A stretch of DNA of 64,000 bases from Lentisphaerae bacterium RIFOXYC12_FULL_60_16 (GCA_001803315.1 MHBQ01000059.1:17188-81187), one strand, 5' to 3'; positions 42,941 to 52,801 are shown, counted from the first letter of the stretch. The notes: generated by a model from the sequence alone, not told the origin. Program-made: numbers and translations.

Positions 42941-43314
42941 TAGTCCTGAAGGAAGAAGTGTTTGCCGTGGTGGGCGCGGCGATGGAAGTCCTTAATGTTC
43001 TCGGCCATGGGCTCATCGAGAAACCCTATGAAAATGCGCTGGTGGTCGAACTTGGATTGCGAAGCATCCCGGTCAAACAACAACCCCGCTATGCGGTGAA
43101 TTACAAAGGCACGGTGGTGGGAGAGTATGTTCCGGATTTGATAGTGTCTGAAAGCCTCGTGGTGGATACAAAGGTTATCGAACAGATTGGCAATCACGAG
43201 TTGGGGCAGATGATGAACTATCTGAAGATAACGGAGCTGAAAGTCGGGGTCATCCTGAACTTCAAGCGCGCCAAATTGGAATGGAAACGAGTTGTCCTGG
43301 AAAAAAACCTCTGA
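42919..43314 (+). CDS. GxxExxY protein (PD-(D/E)xK-like fold)
   Basis: GLIEKPY motif, Y.PD..V....VVDTK, Q..NYLK.T....G.ILNF; visibly more AT-rich than its neighbours. Confidence 0.9.
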   Translation: MDTNERELVLKEEVFAVVGAAMEVLNVLGHGLIEKPYENALVVELGLRSIPVKQQPRYAVNYKGTVVGEYVPDLIVSESLVVDTKVIEQIGNHELGQMMNYLKITELKVGVILNFKRAKLEWKRVVLEKNL

Positions 43315-44447
43315 TGGCCGCCAATAACAACGAATGTTCTCCTTCTCATTCGCGTCCATTCGCGTCCATTCGCGGTTGGTCTTATCCCGTATTCGGCATA
43401 TGCGGCTTCAGCGGATCGGGCAAGACCACGCTGATCGAAGCGCTTGTCCGCATCCTGCATCGACGGGGGCTGATTGTCGGCGTCGTCAAACAGGATGCGC
43501 ACGGTCTCGATATCGACCGGGAAGGCAAGGACACCGACCGCATCTTTAAGGCCGGAGCCGATGTTTTCATTCGCGATGCCCGACAGGTCTTCACCCGGCT
43601 TCACCGGCCCCCGGACCTTGGTTTGCCCGACCTGATCGCGCGGATAGGATCCTATTATGACCTGATCCTGGTGGAAGGTCATAAGACCACCCCCCTGCCC
43701 TGCAAGATCTGGCTGTGCAAACCCGAGGAGAATACCTGTCCGCCGGAGGCGACGGGGATTCGGCGAATCCTGGGGTGGACCGAGGATCGTGAGCGCATCG
43801 CTTTGGAGATGCTCGACGCCTGGTTGCCGGAAACATGGCTGGCGACACCCGTTTATGCCGGCATCCTGATCGGCGGCGCCAGCACGCGGATGGGCCGGCC
43901 AAAACACCTGATAGCAACCGGCGGAGGGACCTGGCTCCACACGATCGTGGAGGCGGTGCGCGGTTGCGCGGAGAAGATCGTGATCCTGGGCGGCGGCGGC
44001 ATACCCGGCGATTTGCGCTCGCTGCCGGTTTTGCCGGACGCGGAAGACGCAAAGGGTCCCTTGCGCGGGATGCGCGCCGCGATGCGGTGGGCGCCAGGCG
44101 CGGGTTGGATGTTTGTCGCCTGCGACCAACCGCATGTTTCCAGGGCCGCCATTGACTGGCTGTTGACCCAGCGTCGACCCGGTGTACGCGCCGTCATGCC
44201 GGTTGTTTCCGGCATATCACACCCGGAACCACTGCTTGCCTATTACGACTTCCGCATGGCGCCGGTATTGGAACAGGTGCGCCGCCCATGCGATCTCGCT
44301 CTCGCGGTGGGCGTTGCCCACCCCCTGGTGCCGGCGGAGCTCGCTCAGGCGTGGCGCAACCTCAACTCCCCGGTCGACCTTGCCGGAAAGGCGACGCATC
44401 CCGGTGAATCCCCCGGACAACGGTTTGAAGATCCCTTGTTGGAATAG
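43314..44447 (+). CDS. mobB: MobB-MobA fusion (molybdopterin guanine dinucleotide synthesis)
   Basis: GFSGSGKTTL, D..GKD, DLILVEG.K; then LIGG.S.RMG.PK, GPL.G, ACD.P, N.NSP.D. Confidence 0.88.
   Translation: MAANNNECSPSHSRPFASIRGWSYPVFGICGFSGSGKTTLIEALVRILHRRGLIVGVVKQDAHGLDIDREGKDTDRIFKAGADVFIRDARQVFTRLHRPPDLGLPDLIARIGSYYDLILVEGHKTTPLPCKIWLCKPEENTCPPEATGIRRILGWTEDRERIALEMLDAWLPETWLATPVYAGILIGGASTRMGRPKHLIATGGGTWLHTIVEAVRGCAEKIVILGGGGIPGDLRSLPVLPDAEDAKGPLRGMRAAMRWAPGAGWMFVACDQPHVSRAAIDWLLTQRRPGVRAVMPVVSGISHPEPLLAYYDFRMAPVLEQVRRPCDLALAVGVAHPLVPAELAQAWRNLNSPVDLAGKATHPGESPGQRFEDPLLE
43348..43377. repeat. Right 30-bp inverted repeat flanking the GxxExxY gene
   Basis: ATTCGCGTCCATTCGCGTCCATTCGCGGTT. 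Confidence 0.85.
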
Positions 44448-44506
44448 TGAAAAATATGGTAGGTTTCAAAAACCAAAGGTTCCGTAAGTGGGAGCAGGAA
44501 TATCAC

Positions 44507-45307
44507 GTGAAACTGACAATGGCATTTTCTCCGTGTCCCAATGACACCTTCATGTTCCATGGCCTGGTGCTTGGGCGCCTCGGACAGGGCCGGCAATTCC
44601 AGTTCCACCTGCACGATGTGGAAACCCTGAACCGCCACGCTTTGGCCGGCGTCTATGACGTCAGCAAAATCTCGTTTCATGCCTACCTGTTGGTTCGTCG
44701 GCACTATGAGCTGCTGAACGTAGGGGCGGCCATGGGTTTCGGCTGCGGGCCGGTGGTCGTCACCCGCGGTGGTCTGTCCGCCGCGAACCTGACCGATTGT
44801 ACCACGGCGGTGCCGGGCGAATTTACCACCGCGCATCTATTGTTCCGCCTCTGGGCGCCTCATGCGATGAAGCGGGTCTTCGTTCCCTACGATCAGGTGC
44901 TCCAGCAGGTGGCGACCGGCAAGGTCGACTGCGGAATTGTCATTCACGAAGGGCGGTTTACCTACCAACAGGCCGGACTCCAATGCCTGTGCGACCTGGG
45001 CCAGTGGTGGCACGATCACACCCAATTACCCGTCCCACTGGGAGGCATCATCGCCCGGCGCAGCCTGGGGCGGGAGGTTATCGACGAATTCAGCGCCCTG
45101 CTGCGCCAGTCCATTGCCGATGCGCAGGCCAGGCCGGAGGATACGTTGGACTACGTCCGCCGGCATGCGCAGGAGATGGACGACCAGGTGCTGGCCAGGC
45201 ACATCCGGACATTCGTCAATGACTACAGCCTGGACATGGGTCAGGCCGGGCGCGACGCGGTGGCGACGATGGAACGTCTCGCGCGGCAGGGGGGGCTGAT
45301 CGCATGA
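44507..45307 (+). CDS. mqnD: 1,4-dihydroxy-6-naphthoate synthase
   Basis: FSPCPNDTF.F, DVETLN, TTA.LL, IHEGRFTY, DLG.WW, P.PLG, AQEM. Confidence 0.93.
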   Translation: MKLTMAFSPCPNDTFMFHGLVLGRLGQGRQFQFHLHDVETLNRHALAGVYDVSKISFHAYLLVRRHYELLNVGAAMGFGCGPVVVTRGGLSAANLTDCTTAVPGEFTTAHLLFRLWAPHAMKRVFVPYDQVLQQVATGKVDCGIVIHEGRFTYQQAGLQCLCDLGQWWHDHTQLPVPLGGIIARRSLGREVIDEFSALLRQSIADAQARPEDTLDYVRRHAQEMDDQVLARHIRTFVNDYSLDMGQAGRDAVATMERLARQGGLIA

Positions 45308-46776
45308 TTGCCGTGATTCTGGCGACTCGCATGGAGGCCGATCCGCTGCTAAAGCGGCTGGCGGCCGAACCTGTACCCGCCCGGCCCTTCAACACATGGC
45401 GCTTCGCGTCCGCTGGCGGCGGACTGATTGTCGTCAGCGGCATGGGCCAAGCCGCAGCCCGGTTGGCGGCGGCATACGCGCTCGATCAGCCGGGTGTCGG
45501 CAGGATCGTCAATGCGGGCATCTGCGGTTCTTTACGCGGCGACGCGCCAGGCAACCTGTTCTGCGTCGGCGAGGCCATGGACGGCGATGCGATACTGTCG
45601 GGTGGTCCGACCATGGGGCACAACGTTCCCCCAGGCCCTTGGTTCGGCTTGACGCGGGCGCGACTCACGACGGTTCTTGAACCGGTCTTCGATGCTAAGA
45701 AGCGACAGGCGCTGGCCAAGGCAGCGGAACTTGTGGACATGGAGGGGTTCGCCATCACCAGCGTCTGCCGGGAACGCGGCGTGGCCTGCCACCTGGTAAA
45801 GGGCGTAAGTGACCGGGCCGATGAAGACGGCAAGGATGCGATCGCCCGAAACCTGCCGACGGTCTGTGAAGCCCTCGCCGAAACCGTAGCGACGGGCCTG
45901 CACAACGGTGCGCTTGGCCAAACGGGGTCATCTTCCGGCCTGACGGGCAAGGTGGTGCGCCTGATCCGCGTCGAGCACACGATATTCAGCATCCCGCTGC
46001 TGGTGGCTGGGGCACTGCTTGGCACCGGTGGACAAATGCCCGCGGGATCGGTACTGGGGCTGATCATCCTGGCCGGTGTTGGAGCCAGAACGCTGGGCAT
46101 GGCGATGAACCGAATACTCGACCGCGACATCGACGCCCTAAATCCGCGTACCGCTGCGCGGGAGATACCCAGCGGGCAACTCTCCCTGCGGGCGGCCTAT
46201 GCGGTGGCCGCCGCCGGGCTGGGGCTGTATCTGCTAGCCTGTGCCGGGTTGGGGCCGCTGGTGCTGTTGCTGTCACCGCTACCGGCCGTGCTGTTGATCG
46301 GCTATTCGCTGCTCAAACGCTTTACCTGCCTGTGCCATTTCGGCATCGGACTGTGCCTGGCCGCATCGGTGCCGGCGGCGTTCGTGGCCGTGAGCGGGCG
46401 GCTTGCGCTTACCGCCGAGGTAATGCTGCTGGCGGCATTCGCTTTCTTCTGGATGAGCGGATTCGACATCATCTACGCGATGCAGGATGCATCCAGCGAT
46501 CGCCAAACCGGGGTAAAAAGCATTCCGGCAGCCATCGGCGTCACCGGTGCGGACCGCGTCTCGGCCATGATCCACCTGGCGGCGGTCACGGCGTTGGTTG
46601 CACTCTGGTGGCGGATGGGCGCGGGACTGACCGCCGCGGCCGCCGGGATCGTTGCCTTGGCGGCATTCATCGTGGCGCACCTGCCCGGCGTGCCGCTCGT
46701 TAAACGGTTCTTTCCCATTTCGGCCGTGGCGGGGGTGGCCGGCGCTCTCGTCCCCATGTTGGGAGGACTGCCATGA
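45304..46776 (+). CDS. Fusion of a nucleosidase (MqnB/MTAN-like, PNP_UDP_1 fold) and a UbiA-family prenyltransferase (MqnP)
   Basis: N-terminal AT..EA, G.G, NAGICG, DMEG, KGVSD; C-terminal EHTIFS.P, MNR..DR.ID..NPRT..REIP.G, YS..KRFT, GFDIIYA.QD. Confidence 0.85.
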   Translation: MIAVILATRMEADPLLKRLAAEPVPARPFNTWRFASAGGGLIVVSGMGQAAARLAAAYALDQPGVGRIVNAGICGSLRGDAPGNLFCVGEAMDGDAILSGGPTMGHNVPPGPWFGLTRARLTTVLEPVFDAKKRQALAKAAELVDMEGFAITSVCRERGVACHLVKGVSDRADEDGKDAIARNLPTVCEALAETVATGLHNGALGQTGSSSGLTGKVVRLIRVEHTIFSIPLLVAGALLGTGGQMPAGSVLGLIILAGVGARTLGMAMNRILDRDIDALNPRTAAREIPSGQLSLRAAYAVAAAGLGLYLLACAGLGPLVLLLSPLPAVLLIGYSLLKRFTCLCHFGIGLCLAASVPAAFVAVSGRLALTAEVMLLAAFAFFWMSGFDIIYAMQDASSDRQTGVKSIPAAIGVTGADRVSAMIHLAAVTALVALWWRMGAGLTAAAAGIVALAAFIVAHLPGVPLVKRFFPISAVAGVAGALVPMLGGLP

Positions 46777-47333
46777 ATCTCGTGCTTGCCGTCACCGGAG
46801 CCAGCGGCGCCTATGCGGCCGATGCGCTCTTGAAACAATCGCCATGGCCGGTTTCTCTGATTGTCAGCGACTGGGGCCGCGACGTCTACCGGCGCGAATG
46901 CGGGCCGATCGAGATCCTGGAGAAACGCGCAGCCAAGGTCTACGACAACCGCGACCTGGCGGCCGCCATTTCATCAGGTTCGGTTCCCACGATCGGAATG
47001 GTTGTTCTGCCTTGTTCCGCCAATACGCTGGCCAAAATAGCCGGTGGAATCGGCGACTCGCTGATTACCCGCGCGGCCCACTGCCACCTCAAGGAACGCC
47101 GGCCGCTGATCCTGTGCATCCGGGAGAGCCCCTGGGGGTTGATCGACCTGGACAATGCCCGCCGGATATCCGCGGCGGGAGGGATCATCATGCCGTTATG
47201 TCCCCCCTTTTACATGGCGGCGGGGCGCCAGGCGCAGGAGATTACCCTTGCGGAACTTGCCGAGGCCTATGTCGAGCGGGTGCTGGCGCTTCTGGGCAAG
47301 CCTCCCCAGCGGATGTGGGAGGAAATGCCATGA
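46773..47333 (+). CDS. ubiX: Flavin prenyltransferase
   Basis: TGASGA, SSGS, PCS..TLA.IA.G, LI.RAA...LKERR.L.L..RESP. Confidence 0.93.
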   Translation: MNLVLAVTGASGAYAADALLKQSPWPVSLIVSDWGRDVYRRECGPIEILEKRAAKVYDNRDLAAAISSGSVPTIGMVVLPCSANTLAKIAGGIGDSLITRAAHCHLKERRPLILCIRESPWGLIDLDNARRISAAGGIIMPLCPPFYMAAGRQAQEITLAELAEAYVERVLALLGKPPQRMWEEMP

Positions 47334-49102
47334 ACTACACCGACCTGCGATCCTTCCTGTTGGCATTGGAACGCACGGGGCAGCTTGTGCGCGTCAACGT
47401 GGAGGTGGATCCCGATCAGGAGATCACGCTCATTCAGCACCGTGTGCTGGCTGCCGGCGGCCCGGCCTTGCTGTTCGAGCGTGTCAAAGACTCGCCCTAC
47501 CGTCTGGTAAGCAACCTCTTCGGCACACCACGCCGGGTGGAGATGGCCTTCGGCATGCCACCCGCTCAAATCGGCCAAATGATAGCCGGCTTGGCCCACC
47601 GCCTCATGCCGCCCACGCCGCGGCGGCTGTGGGCGTGTCGCAAGGACCTGCGCCGCGTGTTTCGCGCCCGGATGCGGACGGTCCGTGGGGGACCGGTGAT
47701 GGAGGAGGATCATTGCCCGCCACAACTCCAGCGCCTGCCGGTGCTGAAATGCTGGCCACTGGACGGCGGACATTTCTTCACCTTGCCGCTGGTACACACG
47801 ATCGATCCCGCCACCGGAAAGGGCAACATGGGCATCTACCGTCTTCAACGGTACGACGATGACACCACCGGCATGCACTGGCAGATCGAAAAGGGCGGCG
47901 GTTTTCATTTTGACCGGGCTTGTCGACTCGGCCAGGCGCTGCCCGTGAGCGTTTTCCTGGGCGGCCCGCCGGCGCTGACGTTGGCGGCGATCGCGCCGCT
48001 TCCGGAGGGAATCGACGAACGCCTGCTGGCAGCACTGATGATGGGACGGCCACTGGACATGATCACACGCCCTAGCGGCCATCGCGTTCCGGCCCAGGCA
48101 GAGTTCGTGCTGGAAGGCACGGTCAGCCCCGGCGACGTACGACGGGAAGGGCCCTTTGGCGACCATTTGGGACATTACTCGCACAGCGGCGAATTCCCCG
48201 TCTTTCGCGTCAAGCGGTTGCTGGCGCGGCACGACGCAATCTATCCCGCCACCGTCGTGGGGAAACCGCCGCAGGAGGACTATTACATTGGCGAGGCCCT
48301 TCAGGAGATGACCATGCCCCTGCTGAAGATGATTCGCCCCGGCGTGTCGGACCTGTGGGCCTATCCCGAGACCGGATTCCACCCTCTCGCCGTGTTGTCC
48401 GTGAGACAACGCTACCCGCGCGAGGCGCTGAAGCATGCCTTGGGACTGCTGGGAGAGGGCCAGCTTTCGCTGACCAAGGTCCTCGTGGTGGTCAATGAGG
48501 GCGTCAATGTGCGTGATTTCGCCGAGGTTAGCCGCCAGATGTGGCAGCGGCTGAATTTCGAGGATGGCATGCACCTGCTGGCGCCCACCGCGCAGGACAC
48601 ACTGGATTTCACCGGCCCGTCCATGAACACGGGCAGCCGGCTCATCCTCCTGGCCGTGGGATCGGAGATTACCCCGCCAAGGAAAGAGCATCCACCCGCG
48701 CCCCCCCAGGCCGCACAGGTCCATCCGCATCTGCTGGCGCTATCGGCCATCGGCCCGGCGGTGCTGGTCGCACAGGTACGGGAGGGCTTCGATCGCGATG
48801 CCGTGCAACAGGCCCTGGCCCATCACCCCGTGACGGGGCGCTATCTTTTCCACGTGCTGGTATGGGCCGACGTACCGATGGGTGACGTCCGGATGATGCT
48901 CTGGGGCTGGTTCACACGGTTCGACCCGCTGGCGGACCTTCATCCAGCCGGCCGGGAGGTGGCGGGCAACCGCTTGCTGCTTCGACCGCCGATCCTGATC
49001 GATGCATCGTGGAAACCTTCCTACCGGCGCCCGGTCGTCTTCGACCCGCGGCGGGAGGAACAGGTGCAGGCCCGTTGGAATCAATACGGAATCCCGCTAT
49101 GA
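47330..49102 (+). CDS. ubiD: UbiD-family decarboxylase (MqnL)
   Basis: GPALLFE, NLFG, WP.DGG.F.T.P, N.G.YR.Q, EGPFGDH.G.YS, VGKPPQED. Confidence 0.93.
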   Translation: MNYTDLRSFLLALERTGQLVRVNVEVDPDQEITLIQHRVLAAGGPALLFERVKDSPYRLVSNLFGTPRRVEMAFGMPPAQIGQMIAGLAHRLMPPTPRRLWACRKDLRRVFRARMRTVRGGPVMEEDHCPPQLQRLPVLKCWPLDGGHFFTLPLVHTIDPATGKGNMGIYRLQRYDDDTTGMHWQIEKGGGFHFDRACRLGQALPVSVFLGGPPALTLAAIAPLPEGIDERLLAALMMGRPLDMITRPSGHRVPAQAEFVLEGTVSPGDVRREGPFGDHLGHYSHSGEFPVFRVKRLLARHDAIYPATVVGKPPQEDYYIGEALQEMTMPLLKMIRPGVSDLWAYPETGFHPLAVLSVRQRYPREALKHALGLLGEGQLSLTKVLVVVNEGVNVRDFAEVSRQMWQRLNFEDGMHLLAPTAQDTLDFTGPSMNTGSRLILLAVGSEITPPRKEHPPAPPQAAQVHPHLLALSAIGPAVLVAQVREGFDRDAVQQALAHHPVTGRYLFHVLVWADVPMGDVRMMLWGWFTRFDPLADLHPAGREVAGNRLLLRPPILIDASWKPSYRRPVVFDPRREEQVQARWNQYGIPL

Positions 49103-49815
49103 CACAGGCATGCGCCCATTCCGGGCCGGATGAGAACCGACGAATGTTCGACCGTATCGCAAGACGTTACGACCTGCTCAACGCCGTACTTTCGCTTGGC
49201 ATGGACCGCCGCTGGCGGCGCCGGGCCGTGCAGGAACTGGCCCCGCATCCTGGCTGTACCGTCCTGGACGTCGGATGCGGTACGGCGGATATGATGATCG
49301 AGATCCTTCGCCAGTGCCCACAGGCGCGGGTGACGGGCATCGACGTGGCGCAGGCGATGCTTGCCCTGGCCGCCCGGAAACTTGCGCGGGCGGGCCTGGA
49401 GAAACACACCGACCTTCTCCGGGCCGACGCGACGGCTACCGGACTGCCGACCGGCGCCTTCGACGGACTGGTCACGGCGTTCTGTCTGCGGAACATTGCC
49501 GACCGTCCCATGGCGCTCGGGGAATTCCACCGCCTGCTGGCCGACGGAGGGAAACTGGTTATCCTGGATCTCACGCGGCCAAAGAACCCCTTGCTGCGGT
49601 TTGGCCATCGCCTGTATAATCATGGCTTTGTACCGTTGGTCGGGCGCGCGCTGGGGCACCATGGAGCCTATCGGTACCTGGTGGACTCCATCGACCGGTT
49701 CATCGCCCCGGAGACCGTGCTGGCGATGCTCGCACAAGCCGGATTTGCCGACGCTCGCAGCCGTCCGCTCAGCGGTGGCATTGTGACCCTGTTTTGCGCA
49801 CACAAGGAAACCTAG
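49099..49815 (+). CDS. menG: Demethylmenaquinone methyltransferase (MenG/UbiE)
   Basis: MFD.IA.RYD..N..LS.G.D..WR, LDVGCGT, F.LRN, Y.YL..SI..F. Confidence 0.92.
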   Translation: MTQACAHSGPDENRRMFDRIARRYDLLNAVLSLGMDRRWRRRAVQELAPHPGCTVLDVGCGTADMMIEILRQCPQARVTGIDVAQAMLALAARKLARAGLEKHTDLLRADATATGLPTGAFDGLVTAFCLRNIADRPMALGEFHRLLADGGKLVILDLTRPKNPLLRFGHRLYNHGFVPLVGRALGHHGAYRYLVDSIDRFIAPETVLAMLAQAGFADARSRPLSGGIVTLFCAHKET

Positions 49816-49817
49816 CC

Positions 49818-50606
49818 ATGGACTCGACCCATTATGATATTGCCGCCACACCCTATGCCAATTCAATGCCCTTGGCACAGTTCATTCCCCAGGCCTGTCC
49901 GCAGGCTACGGTGCTATGGGGAACGGCGCCCGCTCAACTGGCGGAACGGGTGCTTCAGGGCACGGCCGATGCGGGGCTTGTTCCCGTGATTGAGTTGCTG
50001 ACCCGGCCTGAGCTGACCATGGTTGAGGGTGTGGGTATCTGCGCCCGCCGGCAGGTTCTCAGCGTGCTGCTTAAGTGCCGGGTTCCGCTGGCGCAGGTAC
50101 GCTGTGTCGCCGCCGACCCGGCCTCACGGACCTCCAATGCACTGGCCCGCCTATTGCTGCGGCGTCACCTGAAGCGCGACGTACCCGTCGTCCCGGCCGG
50201 TAACGGAAAACCCGATGCGGCAGTGGTCATCGGCGACCGGGCATTAACCGCCCCGCCGGCGCCCGCCGGCGACTACGATCTGGCGGAGTTATGGTGGCGG
50301 ATGACCGGCCTGCCGTTCGTTTTCGCCGTCTGGGCCATCCGCCGCGATCATCCCTTCCGGTCCGAACTGACCACAATCCTCCTGGCCGCCCGGCGACTCG
50401 GCATGGATGCCGTCGAACAGATCGCCGGCGAACAGGCCCGCAAACTGGGTCTGGATGCCGCCTTCTGCAGGCACTACCTCACCAAGGCGATTCACTATGA
50501 AATCGGCGACGAGGAACAGCGTGCAATCACGTTGTTCTCCCGGCTGCTGGTAGAGGATGGTCTGATAGCGCTGCCCGCGGCCATGGGCACGGAGGTTCAG
50601 CAATGA
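49818..50606 (+). CDS. mqnA: Chorismate dehydratase
   Basis: Y.N..PL, V.SV.L, SRTS..L, IGDRAL, DLAE.W...TGLPFVFAVW. Confidence 0.92.
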   Translation: MDSTHYDIAATPYANSMPLAQFIPQACPQATVLWGTAPAQLAERVLQGTADAGLVPVIELLTRPELTMVEGVGICARRQVLSVLLKCRVPLAQVRCVAADPASRTSNALARLLLRRHLKRDVPVVPAGNGKPDAAVVIGDRALTAPPAPAGDYDLAELWWRMTGLPFVFAVWAIRRDHPFRSELTTILLAARRLGMDAVEQIAGEQARKLGLDAAFCRHYLTKAIHYEIGDEEQRAITLFSRLLVEDGLIALPAAMGTEVQQ

Positions 50607-52801
50607 CGACTGGACTGGTCTCATTCTCCACGCAACGATTCACCCGTGATGCAGCGTTGGAAATGTTGCTGCACGCGCCCTGCGCCGAGTTGATCAGCCT
50701 CGCCGATGCGCTTCGCCGCGCACGTCACGGGCGGCGGACATACTTCACGCACAGCCTGAACCTCAACCCCACCAACATCTGCGAGAACCGATGCGAGTTG
50801 TGCGCGTTCTGGCGCGAGCCGCACGACGCCGACGCTTACCTGCTGGAGCTTGACGATGTGCGCCGCCGCCTCGAACCGGCCAGGGAATGGGGGCTGACCG
50901 ATCTGCATGTGGTCGGCGGCGTCACGGACAGGCTGAATCTGGCCTACTATGAGGCGCTGTTCCGTTTGGCACGGGAGAAACTCCCGGGTGTCCTCATACA
51001 GGGCCTGACGGCCGTGGAAATACACTCCCTTGCCCGACGGGAACGCCTGACGATCCGTGACGTGCTGGAGCGGCTCAAGACGGCCGGACTTGGGGCGGTA
51101 CCCGGCGGCGGGGCGGAAATCTTCAGCGAAACGGTCCGCAAAAAGATATGTTCCGCAAAAATCACCGGGCAACAGTGGATGGAAGTGCACGAACAGGCGC
51201 ACGCGCTGGGACTGCCCACCAACGCCACCATGCTCTTCGGACATGTCGAGGAGCCCCAGGATATCATCGACCATCTGGCCCGGCTGCGCGACCTTCAGGA
51301 CCGCACGGGCGGATTCCAGGCGTTCATCGCCCTGCCGTTCCACCCCCGCGGCGCACGCCTGGCGGTGTTCAACGGCCCCTGCGGCGACCAGATTGTCCGC
51401 GTGGTCGCGCTGGCAAGAATTTTTCTAGACAACTTCCCACACGTCCGCGTGCTGGCCAATTACACCGACACCAAGCTGCTGCACGTGTTGACCCATGCAG
51501 GGGCCGACGATGTTGGCCCTACCAGTCTCGACGAGCGGATCGCCAAGGCTGCCGGGGCTCCGCCGGATCACAACATTGCAACGCGGCGGCAGATGGAAGC
51601 CATGCTGGTGGACTTGGGCCTTGAACCGGTGTTGATCAACAGCGCGTATCAAGCAGCAGCCGGCACCCCGCAGCATGGAACGACTGATTGGCGGGCGCCA
51701 CACGCAACCCCCGCATCGCTGGCCTCGCTCCTGGATGGGGCGGCGGCCGGCAAGCGGCTATCGGCAGAAGAAGCTGTCATGTTGCACGATGAAGCGCCGT
51801 TGGGAGCGTTGGGCCTGGCCGCCCACAGGCGGCGGTTGCAGCTTTGCGATCCGCGAACGGCCACGTATGTCATCGACCGTAACATATCCCTGACCAACGT
51901 CTGCGAGGCCCAATGCCGGTTCTGCGCTTTTCATGTCCAACCCGGATCACCGGATGCCTTCGTCCTGACAGTCGAGGAGGTGATCCAAAAGGTGGAAGAC
52001 GCCGGGAAGCGCGGCGCCACGCAGGTGATGATCCAGGGCGGTCTGAACCCGCAATTGAATCTGGCGTTTTATGAGCAGATTCTCCGCGCAATCAAACGGC
52101 AATGCAACCTGTGGGTGCACTCGTTGTCCCCGGCGGAGGTGGCATACCTCGCCGACGGGGCTGGGCTGTCGCTCCCGCAATGCCTTTCCCGCCTGCGCGA
52201 GGCGGGTCTTGACTCATTACCCGGCGGCGGGGCGGAGATACTGGTTGACGCGGTCCGTCAGCGGGTAAGCCCGTACAAGATCTCGGCCGGCCGCTGGCTG
52301 GCCGTCATGGAAGCGGCCCATGGCCTGGGCATGAGCACCACCGCCACCATGGTCTACGGCTTGGGCGAGACACCCGCCCAGCGGATCCAGCACATGCTGG
52401 CCATCCGCGAACTGCAGGACCGAACCAGCGGTTTCACGGCATTCATCCCCTGGTCGTGCCAGACCAACCGCACAGGAATCGACCAGCGGCCCAGTACAGG
52501 CGTGGATTATCTGCGGATGGTTGCCTTGAGCCGGCTGGTGTTGGACAACATGCCTCACCTTCAGGCCGGATGGGTGACCGAGGGGCCTGACGTAGCCCAG
52601 CTTGCCTTGTCGTTCGGCGCCGACGATTTCGGCGGCGTGCTGATGGAAGAGAAGGTCGTTCGCGCCACCGGCGTGCAGTACGCCATCACCGCCGGGCAGG
52701 TGATCGAACTGATCCGTAAAGCCGGCTATACACCCGCCCAACGGACCACGCGCTACGAGATTATCGCTACCGTATCGGAAACATCCGGCGGGACGAAATA
52801 A
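50603..52801 (+). CDS. Fused MqnE (aminofutalosine synthase) and MqnC (cyclic dehypoxanthine futalosine synthase) radical SAM protein
   Basis: Two CxxxCxxC motifs (CENRCELC; CEAQCRFC), two PGGGAEI; NATMLFGH in domain 1; DRNI..TN and GADDFG...MEE.VV in domain 2; mqn operon context. Confidence 0.88.
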   Translation: MTTGLVSFSTQRFTRDAALEMLLHAPCAELISLADALRRARHGRRTYFTHSLNLNPTNICENRCELCAFWREPHDADAYLLELDDVRRRLEPAREWGLTDLHVVGGVTDRLNLAYYEALFRLAREKLPGVLIQGLTAVEIHSLARRERLTIRDVLERLKTAGLGAVPGGGAEIFSETVRKKICSAKITGQQWMEVHEQAHALGLPTNATMLFGHVEEPQDIIDHLARLRDLQDRTGGFQAFIALPFHPRGARLAVFNGPCGDQIVRVVALARIFLDNFPHVRVLANYTDTKLLHVLTHAGADDVGPTSLDERIAKAAGAPPDHNIATRRQMEAMLVDLGLEPVLINSAYQAAAGTPQHGTTDWRAPHATPASLASLLDGAAAGKRLSAEEAVMLHDEAPLGALGLAAHRRRLQLCDPRTATYVIDRNISLTNVCEAQCRFCAFHVQPGSPDAFVLTVEEVIQKVEDAGKRGATQVMIQGGLNPQLNLAFYEQILRAIKRQCNLWVHSLSPAEVAYLADGAGLSLPQCLSRLREAGLDSLPGGGAEILVDAVRQRVSPYKISAGRWLAVMEAAHGLGMSTTATMVYGLGETPAQRIQHMLAIRELQDRTSGFTAFIPWSCQTNRTGIDQRPSTGVDYLRMVALSRLVLDNMPHLQAGWVTEGPDVAQLALSFGADDFGGVLMEEKVVRATGVQYAITAGQVIELIRKAGYTPAQRTTRYEIIATVSETSGGTK

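Noticed and set aside
42911..43377. CRISPR array or IS element
   Set aside because: Only two inverted copies with no spacers; the enclosed gene is not a recognisable transposase and no target duplication was evident.
50603..52801. F420 FO synthase (FbiC/CofGH fusion)
   Set aside because: Both halves look CofH/Mqn-like and the gene lies in an operon with mqnA, mqnD, ubiD, ubiX and menG.
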